Assembly (NCBI GenBank): GCA_965200895.1
Contig: CBDAVM010000001.1
Span: 2,066,287 to 2,130,286, forward strand
DNA from: Vicinamibacterales bacterium
GTDB lineage: Bacteria > Acidobacteriota > Vicinamibacteria > Vicinamibacterales > UBA8438
Reading direction: 5' to 3'
Length of the DNA: 64,000 bases
Shown: one piece after another, positions 8,945 to 17,939 of the stretch
How positions within the stretch are numbered: position 1 is the first letter of the stretch
Layout: each line of letters begins with the position of its first letter
Position numbers and translations under genes: made by a program
The notes under the pieces: generated by a model
Told to the model about the DNA's origin: nothing
What the model saw: only the letters and a program-made list of their open reading frames with translations
The model's database searches: none

Positions 8945-9120
8945 TCACGCGTAGTAACCCGATAAAGAGAGTGTCGGAGACGAAGACCTACCGCATTCCG
9001 CAGGTGGTGGAGGAGAAGGACCCGACACCGGTGCCGGTTCTTCCGCCAGCCGGGGTCGTGCTGCTGATGGCGCTGTTGTTCGGCGCCGCTGGCCGTCTCA
9101 CGCGTGGGCGGCGATCGTGA
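8911..9120 (+). pseudogene. orphan PEP-CTERM-like C-terminal sorting tail; remnant of a larger gene
   Basis: The 69-aa ORF ends TPVPVLPPAGVVLLMALLFGAAGRLTRGRRS*. That is a Pro-rich motif, a hydrophobic helix and a basic cluster, the PEP-CTERM architecture. It has no signal peptide or mature domain, and it sits head-to-head with the truncated DUF1552. Confidence 0.4.
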
Positions 9121-9161
9121 ACGGATCCGGCGTGGTCGGTTGCGTGGGCATGGAGGTATCG

Positions 9162-11171
9162 ATGCGGAGGACATGGCTTCACGTCGCGCGGACGGGCGCG
9201 GTGATGCTGGCGGCGGCTCTCGTCATCGTGGCTCCGGCCACCGCCGCGTCGGAGACGCGGGTGGCGCTGGTCATCGGCAACAGCGCCTACTCGCACACGG
9301 TCCCGCTGCGCAATCCGCCGAACGACGCGGCGGATGTGGCGGCGGCGCTCGATCGGCTGGGCTTCGATGTCGTCCGCGCGAACGATCTGACGTACGAAGG
9401 GCTTCGGAGGACCCTGCTCGCGTTCAAGGAGCGGAGCGCCGAGGCGTCCGTTTCGGTGGTGTTCTACGCCGGCCACGCCATCGAGATGGATGGAGAGAAC
9501 TACCTGGTGCCGGTGGATGGCCGGCTCGCCATGGAGAGCGACGTGCAGCTTGAAGCGGTGCCCGCCGACCTCGTGTTGTCGGCGACCGAGGGCGCGTCTC
9601 GGCTGCGGGTGATGGTGCTGGACGCCTGTCGGAACAATCCCTTCGAGGTGCGGTCCGGGAACGCGAGTCGCGGGACGCGCATCGGTCGCGGGCTGGCGGA
9701 ACTCGACGACGGACGTCTGGGCAACAACATCGTGGTGGCGTATGCGACGGCGGCGGGATTCACGGCGGACGACGGCCCCGCCGCCGCGCGCAACAGCCCG
9801 TTCACGCAGGCGCTGAAGCAGCATCTCGAGACGCCGAACCTCGAGGTGCACATGATGTTCCGGCACGTCAGGGACACGGTGATGCGTCTCACCGGCAGCG
9901 AACAGCGGCCGTACCTGTATGCGTCGCTGTCGGCGGAGCCGTACTACCTGAACCCGGCCGCGTCCACGAGTGTGAACGTGAGCGATCCGGGAGCGCAGAA
10001 GCTGGTCGAGACGTTGGGGCGTCCGTTGTCGCCGGTCACGCAGCACGAGAACGGCTGGACGGACCTGCACTACGCGGCGGTGCTGAACCTGCCGCGGCTG
10101 GTGGCGGCTCTGGCGGAGCGGGGCGCTGACGTCGACGCCGCACTGCTCCGGGACCAGGGGGAGATCGGCTCTCCCGTCGTATCGGCCTTGCAGGCATTGG
10201 GTGCGCCGGCGGTCGGTCGTCTGCGCCGCGACGGGGCGACGCCGCTGCATCTGGCGGTGCGAAGCCGAAGCCGCGGCGCAGCGGATGAGCTGCTGGCGCG
10301 GGGAGCCGATGTCGACCGTGGCGATGCAGCGGGTCGGACGCCGCTGCACGACGCCGCGGCGTTGGGGGATGCCGGTCTGCTCCGGACGCTGCTCTCGAAG
10401 GGTGCGAGCGTGCGGGCGCGGGACGCGCTCGGCGACACGCCGTTGCATGTGGCGGCGCGTGCGGGCGCACGGGGCGCCATCCCGACGCTGGTGGGCGGCG
10501 GCGCAGATCTGGAGGCGCGCAACGATACCGGCGCGACACCGCTGGACGTGTTCGGCCGGGGCGAAGTGCGCGAACCGCCGGTGGAAGCGCCGCGCTCCGG
10601 TGATTCGTACCCGGTGGCGGCCGGACGGCCGGAGGCGCCGCGCGAGGCGTTCGAGGTCGTCGGTCCGCGGCCGGTCCAGGCGACCGACGCGCTGTTCTGG
10701 GACTCGATCCGGAATTCCTCGGATCCGGGGAATTTCGAGGAGTACCTGCGGCGCTGGCCCGCGGGGCAGTTCGCGGTGGTGGCGCGAGGGCGCCTGACGG
10801 AGCTGGCCGAAGGGGAGTTGTTCGAGGCGGCGCGGTCGGACGATGTCGACCGGATCGGTTTGTCCTTCGGCCGCGGAGCCCGCGCGGAGACGACGGACGC
10901 GGCTGGCTATTCGCCGCTCCACCATGCGGCGCAGGCCAACGCCGCTGCGGCCGTCGCGCGGCTGATTGCCGAGGGCGCGCCGGTCGACGCGCGCACGGTG
11001 GTCGGGAATACGCCGCTGCATCTCGCCGTCCTGCGCGGCGCGCACGATGCCGTGCGGGCGTTGATGCAGGCCGGGGCGGACGCGCGGGCGATGAACAACG
11101 GTGGCCAGACGCCGTTGTTCATCGCCCGGCTGCGGTCGGATGCCACGGTGGTCGCGGAGCTGGAACGGTGA
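9162..11171 (+). CDS. secreted caspase-like peptidase C14 domain fused to about 7 ankyrin repeats
   Basis: ATG 9162 lies 5 nt after GGAGG, with signal peptide AVMLAAALVIVAPATAAS. The C14 core is VALVIGNSAY...NPPNDA...VVFYAGHAIE (His)...NYLVPVDG...VLDACRNNPF (Cys). It also has the motif FWDSIRNSSDPGNFEEYLRRWPAGQFAVVARGRL and ANK units (G.TPLH.A...GADV). Confidence 0.85.
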   Translation: MRRTWLHVARTGAVMLAAALVIVAPATAASETRVALVIGNSAYSHTVPLRNPPNDAADVAAALDRLGFDVVRANDLTYEGLRRTLLAFKERSAEASVSVVFYAGHAIEMDGENYLVPVDGRLAMESDVQLEAVPADLVLSATEGASRLRVMVLDACRNNPFEVRSGNASRGTRIGRGLAELDDGRLGNNIVVAYATAAGFTADDGPAAARNSPFTQALKQHLETPNLEVHMMFRHVRDTVMRLTGSEQRPYLYASLSAEPYYLNPAASTSVNVSDPGAQKLVETLGRPLSPVTQHENGWTDLHYAAVLNLPRLVAALAERGADVDAALLRDQGEIGSPVVSALQALGAPAVGRLRRDGATPLHLAVRSRSRGAADELLARGADVDRGDAAGRTPLHDAAALGDAGLLRTLLSKGASVRARDALGDTPLHVAARAGARGAIPTLVGGGADLEARNDTGATPLDVFGRGEVREPPVEAPRSGDSYPVAAGRPEAPREAFEVVGPRPVQATDALFWDSIRNSSDPGNFEEYLRRWPAGQFAVVARGRLTELAEGELFEAARSDDVDRIGLSFGRGARAETTDAAGYSPLHHAAQANAAAAVARLIAEGAPVDARTVVGNTPLHLAVLRGAHDAVRALMQAGADARAMNNGGQTPLFIARLRSDATVVAELER

Positions 11172-12434
11172 ACACGTCGCGGAGACATGCGCCGCGGCGG
11201 GCGCGCCGCGCGGCGCGGTGGCGAACGGCGGCCACGACCGCAGCCGTCCTGCTGGCGGCAACCCTTCCGGCGGCGACGACGGCGCGGGCACAGTCGGGCG
11301 TGATGACCAACGGCGAGGTCGCGGTCCGTGCGTCCCAGGGCGACGCGGACGCCGTGATCGTCGCAGCGGTGGCGACGGCCATCGCGGTCCGGTTCGATGT
11401 GAGCGAGGACGGCATGGCCGGCCTGCGCGCACAGGGTGTGAGTGACGACGTGATTATCGCCATGCTGGCCAGGATGCAGGCGTCCGGCCGCTTGTTCGTG
11501 GAGACCGATCCGCCGCAGGGGGTGGTGACCGTGGACGGGCATCCGCTGGGGAACGCGCCGGTGGATGCGTACCTGTTGGCCGGCGACCATCGGGTCGTGC
11601 TCGTCCGGGACGGCTATCTGGAGGACAGCCGTCTCGTGGTACTGGTGTCGGGCGAGGAGGAGCGACTGCGCGTCGACCTCGCGCCGGCTCCCGAGATCGC
11701 GGGCGGCGGCGCCGGCGGTGGTTGGTGGCGGTGGGCGCTGCCGGTCGCGGGCGGCGGCGGCCCTGGCGGCCCGTGGCGACAGCGGGTCGGGCGCGGTCGT
11801 TCTCCCTCCAGCGCCTGCCCCCGCGAACGCGCCGCCGATTGCGGTGTTCACCGTGTCGCCGGAGGGCGGCGGCATGCAGGGAGTGACGGAGTACCGTTTC
11901 GACGCGGGCGCCTCGTCCGACCCCGACAACGACGGACTGACGTACGAATGGAATTTCGGCGACGGCGGCGTCTCCTCGGGCTCCGCTTCCGCCGTCGCGC
12001 ACACCTACGACGGGGCCGGCGACTTCACGGTGTCGCTGACGGTGAGCGATGGGCAGAGTCAGGCGGTGACCACACGCCGCGTGTCGGTGAACCAGGACCT
12101 TGGCGGCGTGTTCGCGGGAACAAGAGTGACCGCCGACGGCGGCTTCCGTTTCGACAAGACCCTGACGCTGAGGCAAAACGGTGCGACTCTTGGCGGGAGC
12201 ATGGACGCCCGCGTCAGCGGGCGTGCGGTCGGCACGTTTGTACTCCGCGCACTTGCCGGAACGATTACGGGCTCCGCCACGAACTTCGTGTGTCCCTGTG
12301 ACGTCGAGTTCAGTGACCGGGGGTACAACTTCGAGGGCGTGGTCGAGCTCGGCAGCTCCACGATCGCGGGCGAGTACATCGTCAGACTGGACAGTGATGT
12401 CGTGCGGGGACGGGTGACGTTCGTACGCCAGTGA
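11168..12434 (+). pseudogene. PEGA-domain + PKD-domain envelope protein; apparent frameshift (or sequencing error) between the domains
   Basis: The frame of ORF 11168..12301 gives a signal peptide and a PEGA domain (LFVETDPPQGVVTVDGHPLGNAP...LLAGDHRVVLVRDGY), then turns to Arg-rich junk after about 11700. The frame of ORF 11565..12434 gives a clean PKD domain (PIAVFTVSPEGG...FDAGASSDPDNDGLTYEWNFGDG...HTYDGAGDFTVSLTVSDG). The switch must lie within 11690-11830, probably in the GGC-rich run at 11747-11771. GTG 11168 overlaps the caspase stop (GTGA). Confidence 0.6.
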
Positions 12435-12648
12435 CATGGGTGTGGTGGAGCCTGCCGCGGCGATGTTCGTGGCGTCCGGGACTGTCTCCGCCTAGCCCGA
12501 CAATCGTCGCCTGCGGCTACGATTGCCGCCCAACCGGGCCTGACGGAGCCTGTACCGTTCCTGCGGCGCAGGCTCCTGGCGCCGGGTGCACCGCGCGGGA
12601 AGTTCGACGTAGCTGGACCGGACACACCGGACCGGGAGGAGATTGACG

Positions 12649-13194
12649 ATGCTGTCGAAGCTCGTCGCGTCGGTCACCGGGGTGACAGTCGCCGCGATCG
12701 TGATGGCGCATTCACCGTCCGCACAGAACCGTGTGCGCCGGTCCATCGCGGGGCCGGTGACGGCTGATTCCGTGACTCGCGCCCTTCACATGGAGTCGCG
12801 CGACCGTGCGCTTGTCCTTGGGCCGAGCAGCTCGGCGGGCGACAGCGTGCTTCCGGAGGTGAGTCTGGTGCTGCGGATCGCGTTTCCGTTCGATTCCGCC
12901 GCGCTGAGCGCCGGCGCGATGGGCGATCTGGACGCCGTGGCCGCCGCCCTGCTCGCCCCGCAGTTGCAGAGTACGAACCTCACCCTGGAAGGCCATACGG
13001 ACGCCGTGGGCGACGAGCACTACAACCTGCGGCTCTCGCAACGGCGTGCCGACGCCGTGGTGGGGTATCTCGTCCAGCGGGGGGTTCCCGCCACCCGACT
13101 GCGCGCCGTCGGCTTTGGCGAGTCGCGTCCGCTGCCCGGACCGTCGCCGACCGATGGCCGGCAGCGGCGCGTGGAGATCGTACGCGCGTTCTGA
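12649..13194 (+). CDS. OmpA-family (OmpA_C-like peptidoglycan-binding) protein with signal peptide
   Basis: ATG 12649 follows GGGAGGAG (TTG 12643 is an alternative start). The C-terminus reads FPFDSAAL...LEGHTDAVGDEHYNLRLSQRRADAVVGYL...GFGESRPL. Confidence 0.8.
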   Translation: MLSKLVASVTGVTVAAIVMAHSPSAQNRVRRSIAGPVTADSVTRALHMESRDRALVLGPSSSAGDSVLPEVSLVLRIAFPFDSAALSAGAMGDLDAVAAALLAPQLQSTNLTLEGHTDAVGDEHYNLRLSQRRADAVVGYLVQRGVPATRLRAVGFGESRPLPGPSPTDGRQRRVEIVRAF

Positions 13195-13234
13195 TTGCCG
13201 GCAATTGGGAGCTTGCGTGCCGGTTGAGCGGCAG

Positions 13235-14628
13235 ATGCACCGGAAGGCGGCCATTCCGGCGTTGCTGTTCGTTGCGGGCGTGGCGGCCCACGCCAGGACG
13301 CGCGTCGGCTGCTAACGCTCGGCGAGGCGGTTCGCGTCGCTCTGGCGCGCAACGAGCGTATGCTCGCCGCCCGCGAGAACATCGATCAGGCGCGGCTCGA
13401 CCGCGACGTGGCCGCTTCGGCGTTCGCGACCCGCATCATCCCCAACGTGCTCGGCTCGTTCGGCCAGTCGGACGTCCGCAACCAGACCTATGGCATCGGC
13501 GCGTCCCGGCGCTTCGTCACGGGCACGGAAGTGCGGATGGACATCGGGGCGTCCACCTTCCGGAACCAGCTCGGCAACTTCTATGCGGCCGATACGACGC
13601 TGCTCCTCCGACAGCCGCTGCTGCGCGGCTTCGGGCCGGCGGCCGGCCGGCGGACGATGGAGCGGGCGGACCATCGGAGGGCGAGCGCGTATCGGCAGCG
13701 CGGGTTCGTCGAGGAACAGCTTGCCATGGAGGTGGCCGGGGTCTACTACCGGCTGGTCATACAGGACGAGCTGCGGACCACCGCGCGGACGGCGCTGGAC
13801 AACGCGCGCGGACTGCTGGCGGCGTCCGAAGCCCGGCTGCGGGCGAACCTGGTCTCGCGGCTGGACGTGTTCCGGGCGCAGCAGCTCGTCGCGGATGCCG
13901 AGGGGCGGCTGTTCGACGTGGAGGACGCCGCCGAGGACCTGAAGGACCAGATGCGCGTCCTGCTGTCGCGGGATGCGGACTACGACTTCGAGGTGGCGGA
14001 CGGGATCGAGATGGCGAGCGAGCCGGCGCCGGCCCCGGAGGCCGCGGTGGCGACGGCACTGGCGCATCGGATCGAGCTGCGTGAGGCTGACGCGGCGGTC
14101 GAGGAGGCGGAACGCGAGGTGCGCGACGCGCGCCGTCAACTGCTGCCGCAGTTCGATGTCAGCGTGGCGCTGACGCGGCGCGAGACCGCGGACGGTCTGC
14201 GGGATGCGTTCGGTCTCGACCGCTTCGAGCCGGTGACGTTCTTCTCGGTCTCGACGCCGCTGGACCGTACCGCCGAGACGGCGGCGGTGCAGACGGCGGT
14301 CGTCGTCCGTGACCGGCAGATCCGGGCCCGTGACCAGTTGCGGCGCCGTATCGCGTCGGAGGCCCGCCGCGCGATCCGGTTGCAGCGGCGGCTCGCCCGC
14401 CGACTGGCGGCCACCGATGTGCGCGTGGCGCTCGCCGAGCAGGAACGGGCCCTCGCCGCGCTCCGTTTCGAGCGCGGTCTGTCGAACAACCTCGACGTGG
14501 TCAACGCCCAGACGAACGTGCTGAACGCGACCACGCAGCGGTTGGCGGTGCTGGCCGACCTCGCGGTCGCCCGGCTCGCCCTGCGGGCGGCGCTCGGCAC
14601 GCTGGACGTGCGCCGGGACGTACGGTGA
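13235..14628 (+). pseudogene. TolC-family outer-membrane efflux protein; signal peptide lies in a different frame (apparent 1-nt frameshift near 13293-13300)
   Basis: ORF 13360..14628 has two TolC-like repeats (RLRANLVSRLDVFRAQQ..., ALRFERGLSNNLDVVNAQ...). In the same frame upstream, LLTLGEAVRVALARNERMLAAR is the usual mature N-terminus, but no start codon precedes it. ATG 13235 encodes MHRKAAIPALLFVAGVAAHA in another frame and stops at 13313. Confidence 0.7.
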
Positions 14629-16145
14629 CGGTGGTGACGCGCGCGGGACGTGCGGTGCTGCGCGCTGTCGCGCGGCGGAAGCGGCGGTTCGACGTTCGGC
14701 TGGCCCGCCGCGTGGCCGCTGTCGGCGCGGTCCGGTCTCCGGCCAGGGGCTGGAGATGGACGGGACGGCTGATCGCCGGAGGTGCGGTCACGCTCGGCGC
14801 AGCGGGCCTGTTCGCCACCTGGCGCGCGCCCGATGTTGCGCCGACGGCGGAATGGACGGTGGATCGCGGTGATCTCGTCGTGGACCTCGTCGAGCCGGGC
14901 ACGCTGCGCGCCGCCCGGTCGACGGTGCACCGCTCGCCGGCCAACGGCCGGGAACTGGAGGTCGTGCACCTCGCGTCGGAGGGTGCGCACGTGGCCGCGG
15001 GCGACCTCGTGGCCCGGCTGGAGACGCGCGACCTGGAAGTCGATCTGCAGCGGGCGGTGGACGGCGTGCAGGAGGCGGAGTTCGCGCGGCAGGTCGCCGA
15101 GCTGGAGCTGCTGGAAGCGACGGCGGCGCTCGACGCCGCCGTCGACGGCGAGGGTTCGCTGACCATCGAGGAGAGCCGCAGCGCCCTGGCGCTGGCCGAG
15201 CGGCGCGTCGCGCGGCTGCGGCGTGCGGTGGCCGGTCTCGAGCCGCTGCTGGAGCAGGGCTTCATCACCGGTGACGGGCTCGAGCGTTCGCGGATGGAGC
15301 TGGAGACGGCCGAGGCGGATCTGGCCCTGGCCCGCCGCCGCGCGCGGGTGCTGGTGGAGCAGACGCATCCGGTCGCCCGGCGGCGCGCCGAGCTGCAGTT
15401 GGCCCAGAAGCGGGCGCAGTGGGAGGGTGTCGAGCGGCGGGTGGCGGCGGCGCGGCGGCAGGTGGCGGCGGTGGCCGACCTCATCGAGCGTTGCACCATC
15501 CGCGCGGACGGCCCGGGTCTGGTCGTCTACGAGGAGTTCCGGGCCTCGTCACCGCGGCGCAAGGTGCGGCTGGGCGACCGGGTGACGCCGAGCCAGGGCA
15601 TCGTGCGGGTGGTGGAGGTGGACCGCATGCTGGTCGAGACGTCGGTGGCGGAGCGGTCGGTGCACCGCGTGCGTCCGGGACAGCCGGTCGCCGTGCGCCT
15701 CGAGGCGTTTCCCGACCTGCTGCTGTCCGGCCGGGTCATGGTCATAGGTGCCTTGGCGCGCACGACGCGCGAGCAGTTCGTCGAACGCAAGCGATTCGAC
15801 GTGACCGTCGCTCTCGACCCCACGGACGCCGCGCTGCGCCCCGAGATGACGGCGCGTGTCGATATCCGCGTCGGCGAGCGGGCGGACGTGTTGCGTCTGC
15901 CGGTGAGCGCGGTCTTCGAGCGGGACGGCCGGCCGGTGGTGCGCGTCCCGCGCGCCGGCCGCGTCGAGGACCGGCCGGTGGCGCTGGGGGAGCAGAACGC
16001 GCGGTTCGTCGAGGTGCTCACCGGGGTGACGGCGGGCGAGCGGGTGCTGCTGCTCGGCGACCCCGCCGTGGATGCGGCTCCGTCCGGCGCGCCGGTCCCG
16101 CAGGCTCTGCCGACCGGAACGGTGGCGGCCGCCGCCGCGCCATGA
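14625..16145 (+). CDS. HlyD/MacA-type periplasmic adaptor (membrane fusion protein)
   Basis: GTG 14625 overlaps the TolC-like stop (GTGA). It has an N-terminal TM segment, a long coiled-coil (DLEVDLQRA...LELETAEADLALARRR), then barrel regions (GDRVTPSQGIVRVVEVD, PGQPVAVRLEAFPD, MTARVDI). Confidence 0.8.
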   Translation: MTVVTRAGRAVLRAVARRKRRFDVRLARRVAAVGAVRSPARGWRWTGRLIAGGAVTLGAAGLFATWRAPDVAPTAEWTVDRGDLVVDLVEPGTLRAARSTVHRSPANGRELEVVHLASEGAHVAAGDLVARLETRDLEVDLQRAVDGVQEAEFARQVAELELLEATAALDAAVDGEGSLTIEESRSALALAERRVARLRRAVAGLEPLLEQGFITGDGLERSRMELETAEADLALARRRARVLVEQTHPVARRRAELQLAQKRAQWEGVERRVAAARRQVAAVADLIERCTIRADGPGLVVYEEFRASSPRRKVRLGDRVTPSQGIVRVVEVDRMLVETSVAERSVHRVRPGQPVAVRLEAFPDLLLSGRVMVIGALARTTREQFVERKRFDVTVALDPTDAALRPEMTARVDIRVGERADVLRLPVSAVFERDGRPVVRVPRAGRVEDRPVALGEQNARFVEVLTGVTAGERVLLLGDPAVDAAPSGAPVPQALPTGTVAAAAAP

Positions 16146-16283
16146 GGCGCCAACTCCACAAGAAGATCGTTCCAACATTCCACCCAGCAACAGGTGGCGG
16201 TCGCCGCTGCGCGATGAGGCGCCGACCACCGCCCGTCACGTGTGGTCGTGTGGTCGGACGCGCGTGAGGGCGGTCCGTCGACG

Positions 16284-17546
16284 ATGCCGACCTCGCTGTC
16301 GAAGAACAGGGTTCGCCGCAGGAGCGGGAGCCCGGCGTCACGGCGCTGGTGGTCGCCGGAGCTCGCCGCCGTCAGCCTGGAGGCACTCGGCCGCTACCGG
16401 TTGCGGACCGCGTTGAGCACGCTCGGCATCGTGCTGGGCATTGCGGCGGTCATCGCCATGCTGTCGGTCGGGGAGGGCGCGCGCGAGGACATCCTGCGCC
16501 AGGTCGAGCAGCTCGGCCTCGACAACGTCATCGTGCGCAACCGCGGCTTCGGCGACGGCCTGCGCCTGAGCGATGCGCGCCTGCTCGGCGACCTGCTGCC
16601 CGGGGTGGCGGCGGTCAGTCCGCTGATCGAGCGCGGCGTGACCGCGGCCGGGCCGCTCGGGAGCCGGCGCGCCTCCCTGCTGGGGGTCACGGCTGACTAC
16701 GGCGGGATCCTCGACCTCGCCGTGGACCGCGGCCGGTTCCTCACGGCGCTCGACCGGCGTACGGGGGCGGCCGTCTGCGTGCTCGGCGCCGGGCTGCGCC
16801 GCGCGCTGTTCGGATACCGCAATCCGCTGGGCGGGTACGTGCGGATCGACGGCGGCTGGTGCGAGGTGGTCGGCGTGCTGGCGGCCCGTGCGACCCGTGG
16901 TCGCGCGGGCCGTACCGCCGCCGTGCGGGACCTCGACGACGTCGTGATCGGATCCATCGCCGGGGTGTTGCCGACCAGCGCAGAGGTAGCGCCCCGCCAG
17001 CGCATCGACGAGCTGTGGCTTCGGGTCGCCGACGGGGGCGACGTCCCGGCCGTGGCGGGCGCTGTCGCACGCACGCTGGCCCGCGTGCGCGGCGCCGCGC
17101 CGGCCGTCGAGCTGATCGTGCCGCGCGACCTGCTGAACCAGCGGGTGCGCACGCAGCGGACCTTCAATGTGGTGGTCGGCAGCGTGGCGGTGCTGTCGCT
17201 GCTCGTGGGCGGCATCGGCATCATGAACACGATGCTGACCTCCGTGCTCGAGCGGACGCGCGAGATCGGCCTGCGGCGAGTGGTGGGCGCCACGGCGCGC
17301 GATGTCGTCGTCCAGTTCCTCATCGAGAGCCTCATCATGACGTTGGCGGGCGGGGTGCTCGGCATCGTGGCGGGCGTCGCCACGGCGTACGCGATCACGG
17401 CGTACGCGGCGTGGCCCACGACCGTGTCGTCGCTGGCGGTGGGATTGGCCGTCGCGGTATCGGCGGCCGTCGGGCTGGCGTTCGGGATCTATCCGGCCGC
17501 GCAGGCGGCCCGGCTGCAGCCGGTTGACGCGGTCCGCTACGAGTGA
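16284..17546 (+). CDS. MacB/FtsX-type ABC transporter permease (MacB_PCD + FtsX domains), no fused ATPase
   Basis: ORF 16242..17546, probable start ATG 16284. Motifs: LRTALSTLGIVLGIAAVIAMLSVGEGA and IMNTMLTSVLERTREIGLRRVVGATARDV...FGIYPAAQAARLQPVDAVRYE. Confidence 0.85.
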   Translation: MPTSLSKNRVRRRSGSPASRRWWSPELAAVSLEALGRYRLRTALSTLGIVLGIAAVIAMLSVGEGAREDILRQVEQLGLDNVIVRNRGFGDGLRLSDARLLGDLLPGVAAVSPLIERGVTAAGPLGSRRASLLGVTADYGGILDLAVDRGRFLTALDRRTGAAVCVLGAGLRRALFGYRNPLGGYVRIDGGWCEVVGVLAARATRGRAGRTAAVRDLDDVVIGSIAGVLPTSAEVAPRQRIDELWLRVADGGDVPAVAGAVARTLARVRGAAPAVELIVPRDLLNQRVRTQRTFNVVVGSVAVLSLLVGGIGIMNTMLTSVLERTREIGLRRVVGATARDVVVQFLIESLIMTLAGGVLGIVAGVATAYAITAYAAWPTTVSSLAVGLAVAVSAAVGLAFGIYPAAQAARLQPVDAVRYE

Positions 17547-17548
17547 GC

Positions 17549-17936
17549 AGTAGTCGGGTGTAACCGCACGCGATGGCGTCGCCGCGCGCTGGCCGCCAGA
17601 ACCCGCTCGGTGAACGCCGTGCTGGTGAACTGCGCCCCCCGGTTGGTGTTGAAGATCTCCGGTGTGCCCCGCCGCAGCGCCGCCTCCAACGCGTCGAGGC
17701 AGAAGCCGCTGTCCATCGTGTTCAACAGCCGCCACGCCAGCACGTGGGCGGCTGTCCCAGTCCATGGATGGCGACCAGATACAGAAGCCGGCCGACACCG
17801 GAATGTAGGTGATGTCCGAGTACCACACCTGATTCGGGCGCTCGATCACCAGCCCCCGCAGCAAGTATGGGTAGACACGGTGGTCCGGCTCGGCGACGCT
17901 CGTCCGCGGCCGGCGCGGCGGTAGACCGCTTCGAGC
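17549..17936 (-). mobile_element. IS3-family transposase (OrfB/rve) internal remnant, multiply frameshifted and truncated at both ends
   Basis: Three reading frames together spell PRTSVAEPDHRVYPYLLRGLVIERPNQVWYSDITYIPVSAGF / LYLVAI / VLAWRLLNTMDSGFCLDALEAALRRGTPEIFNTNRGAQFTSTAFT. The second catalytic Asp position reads N (FNTNRG where IS3 has FNTDQG). The third catalytic region and OrfA are absent. I found no terminal repeats. Confidence 0.75.
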
Positions 17937-17939
17937 TCT

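Noticed and set aside
9162-11171. Caspase-like protease as part of a gasdermin-type or NLR/ATPase-type cytoplasmic anti-phage system.
   Set aside because: No gasdermin-like, NACHT/STAND, TIR or other effector gene is adjacent. The protease carries an N-terminal signal peptide, which argues for an extracytoplasmic location.
16338-17864. 508-aa minus-strand ORF that begins with IS3-like sequence.
   Set aside because: Only the first ~35 residues (LRGLVIERPNQVWYSDITYIPVSAGF) are transposase-like. The remainder is antisense shadow of the MacB-type permease. It is treated as part of the IS3 remnant, not a gene.
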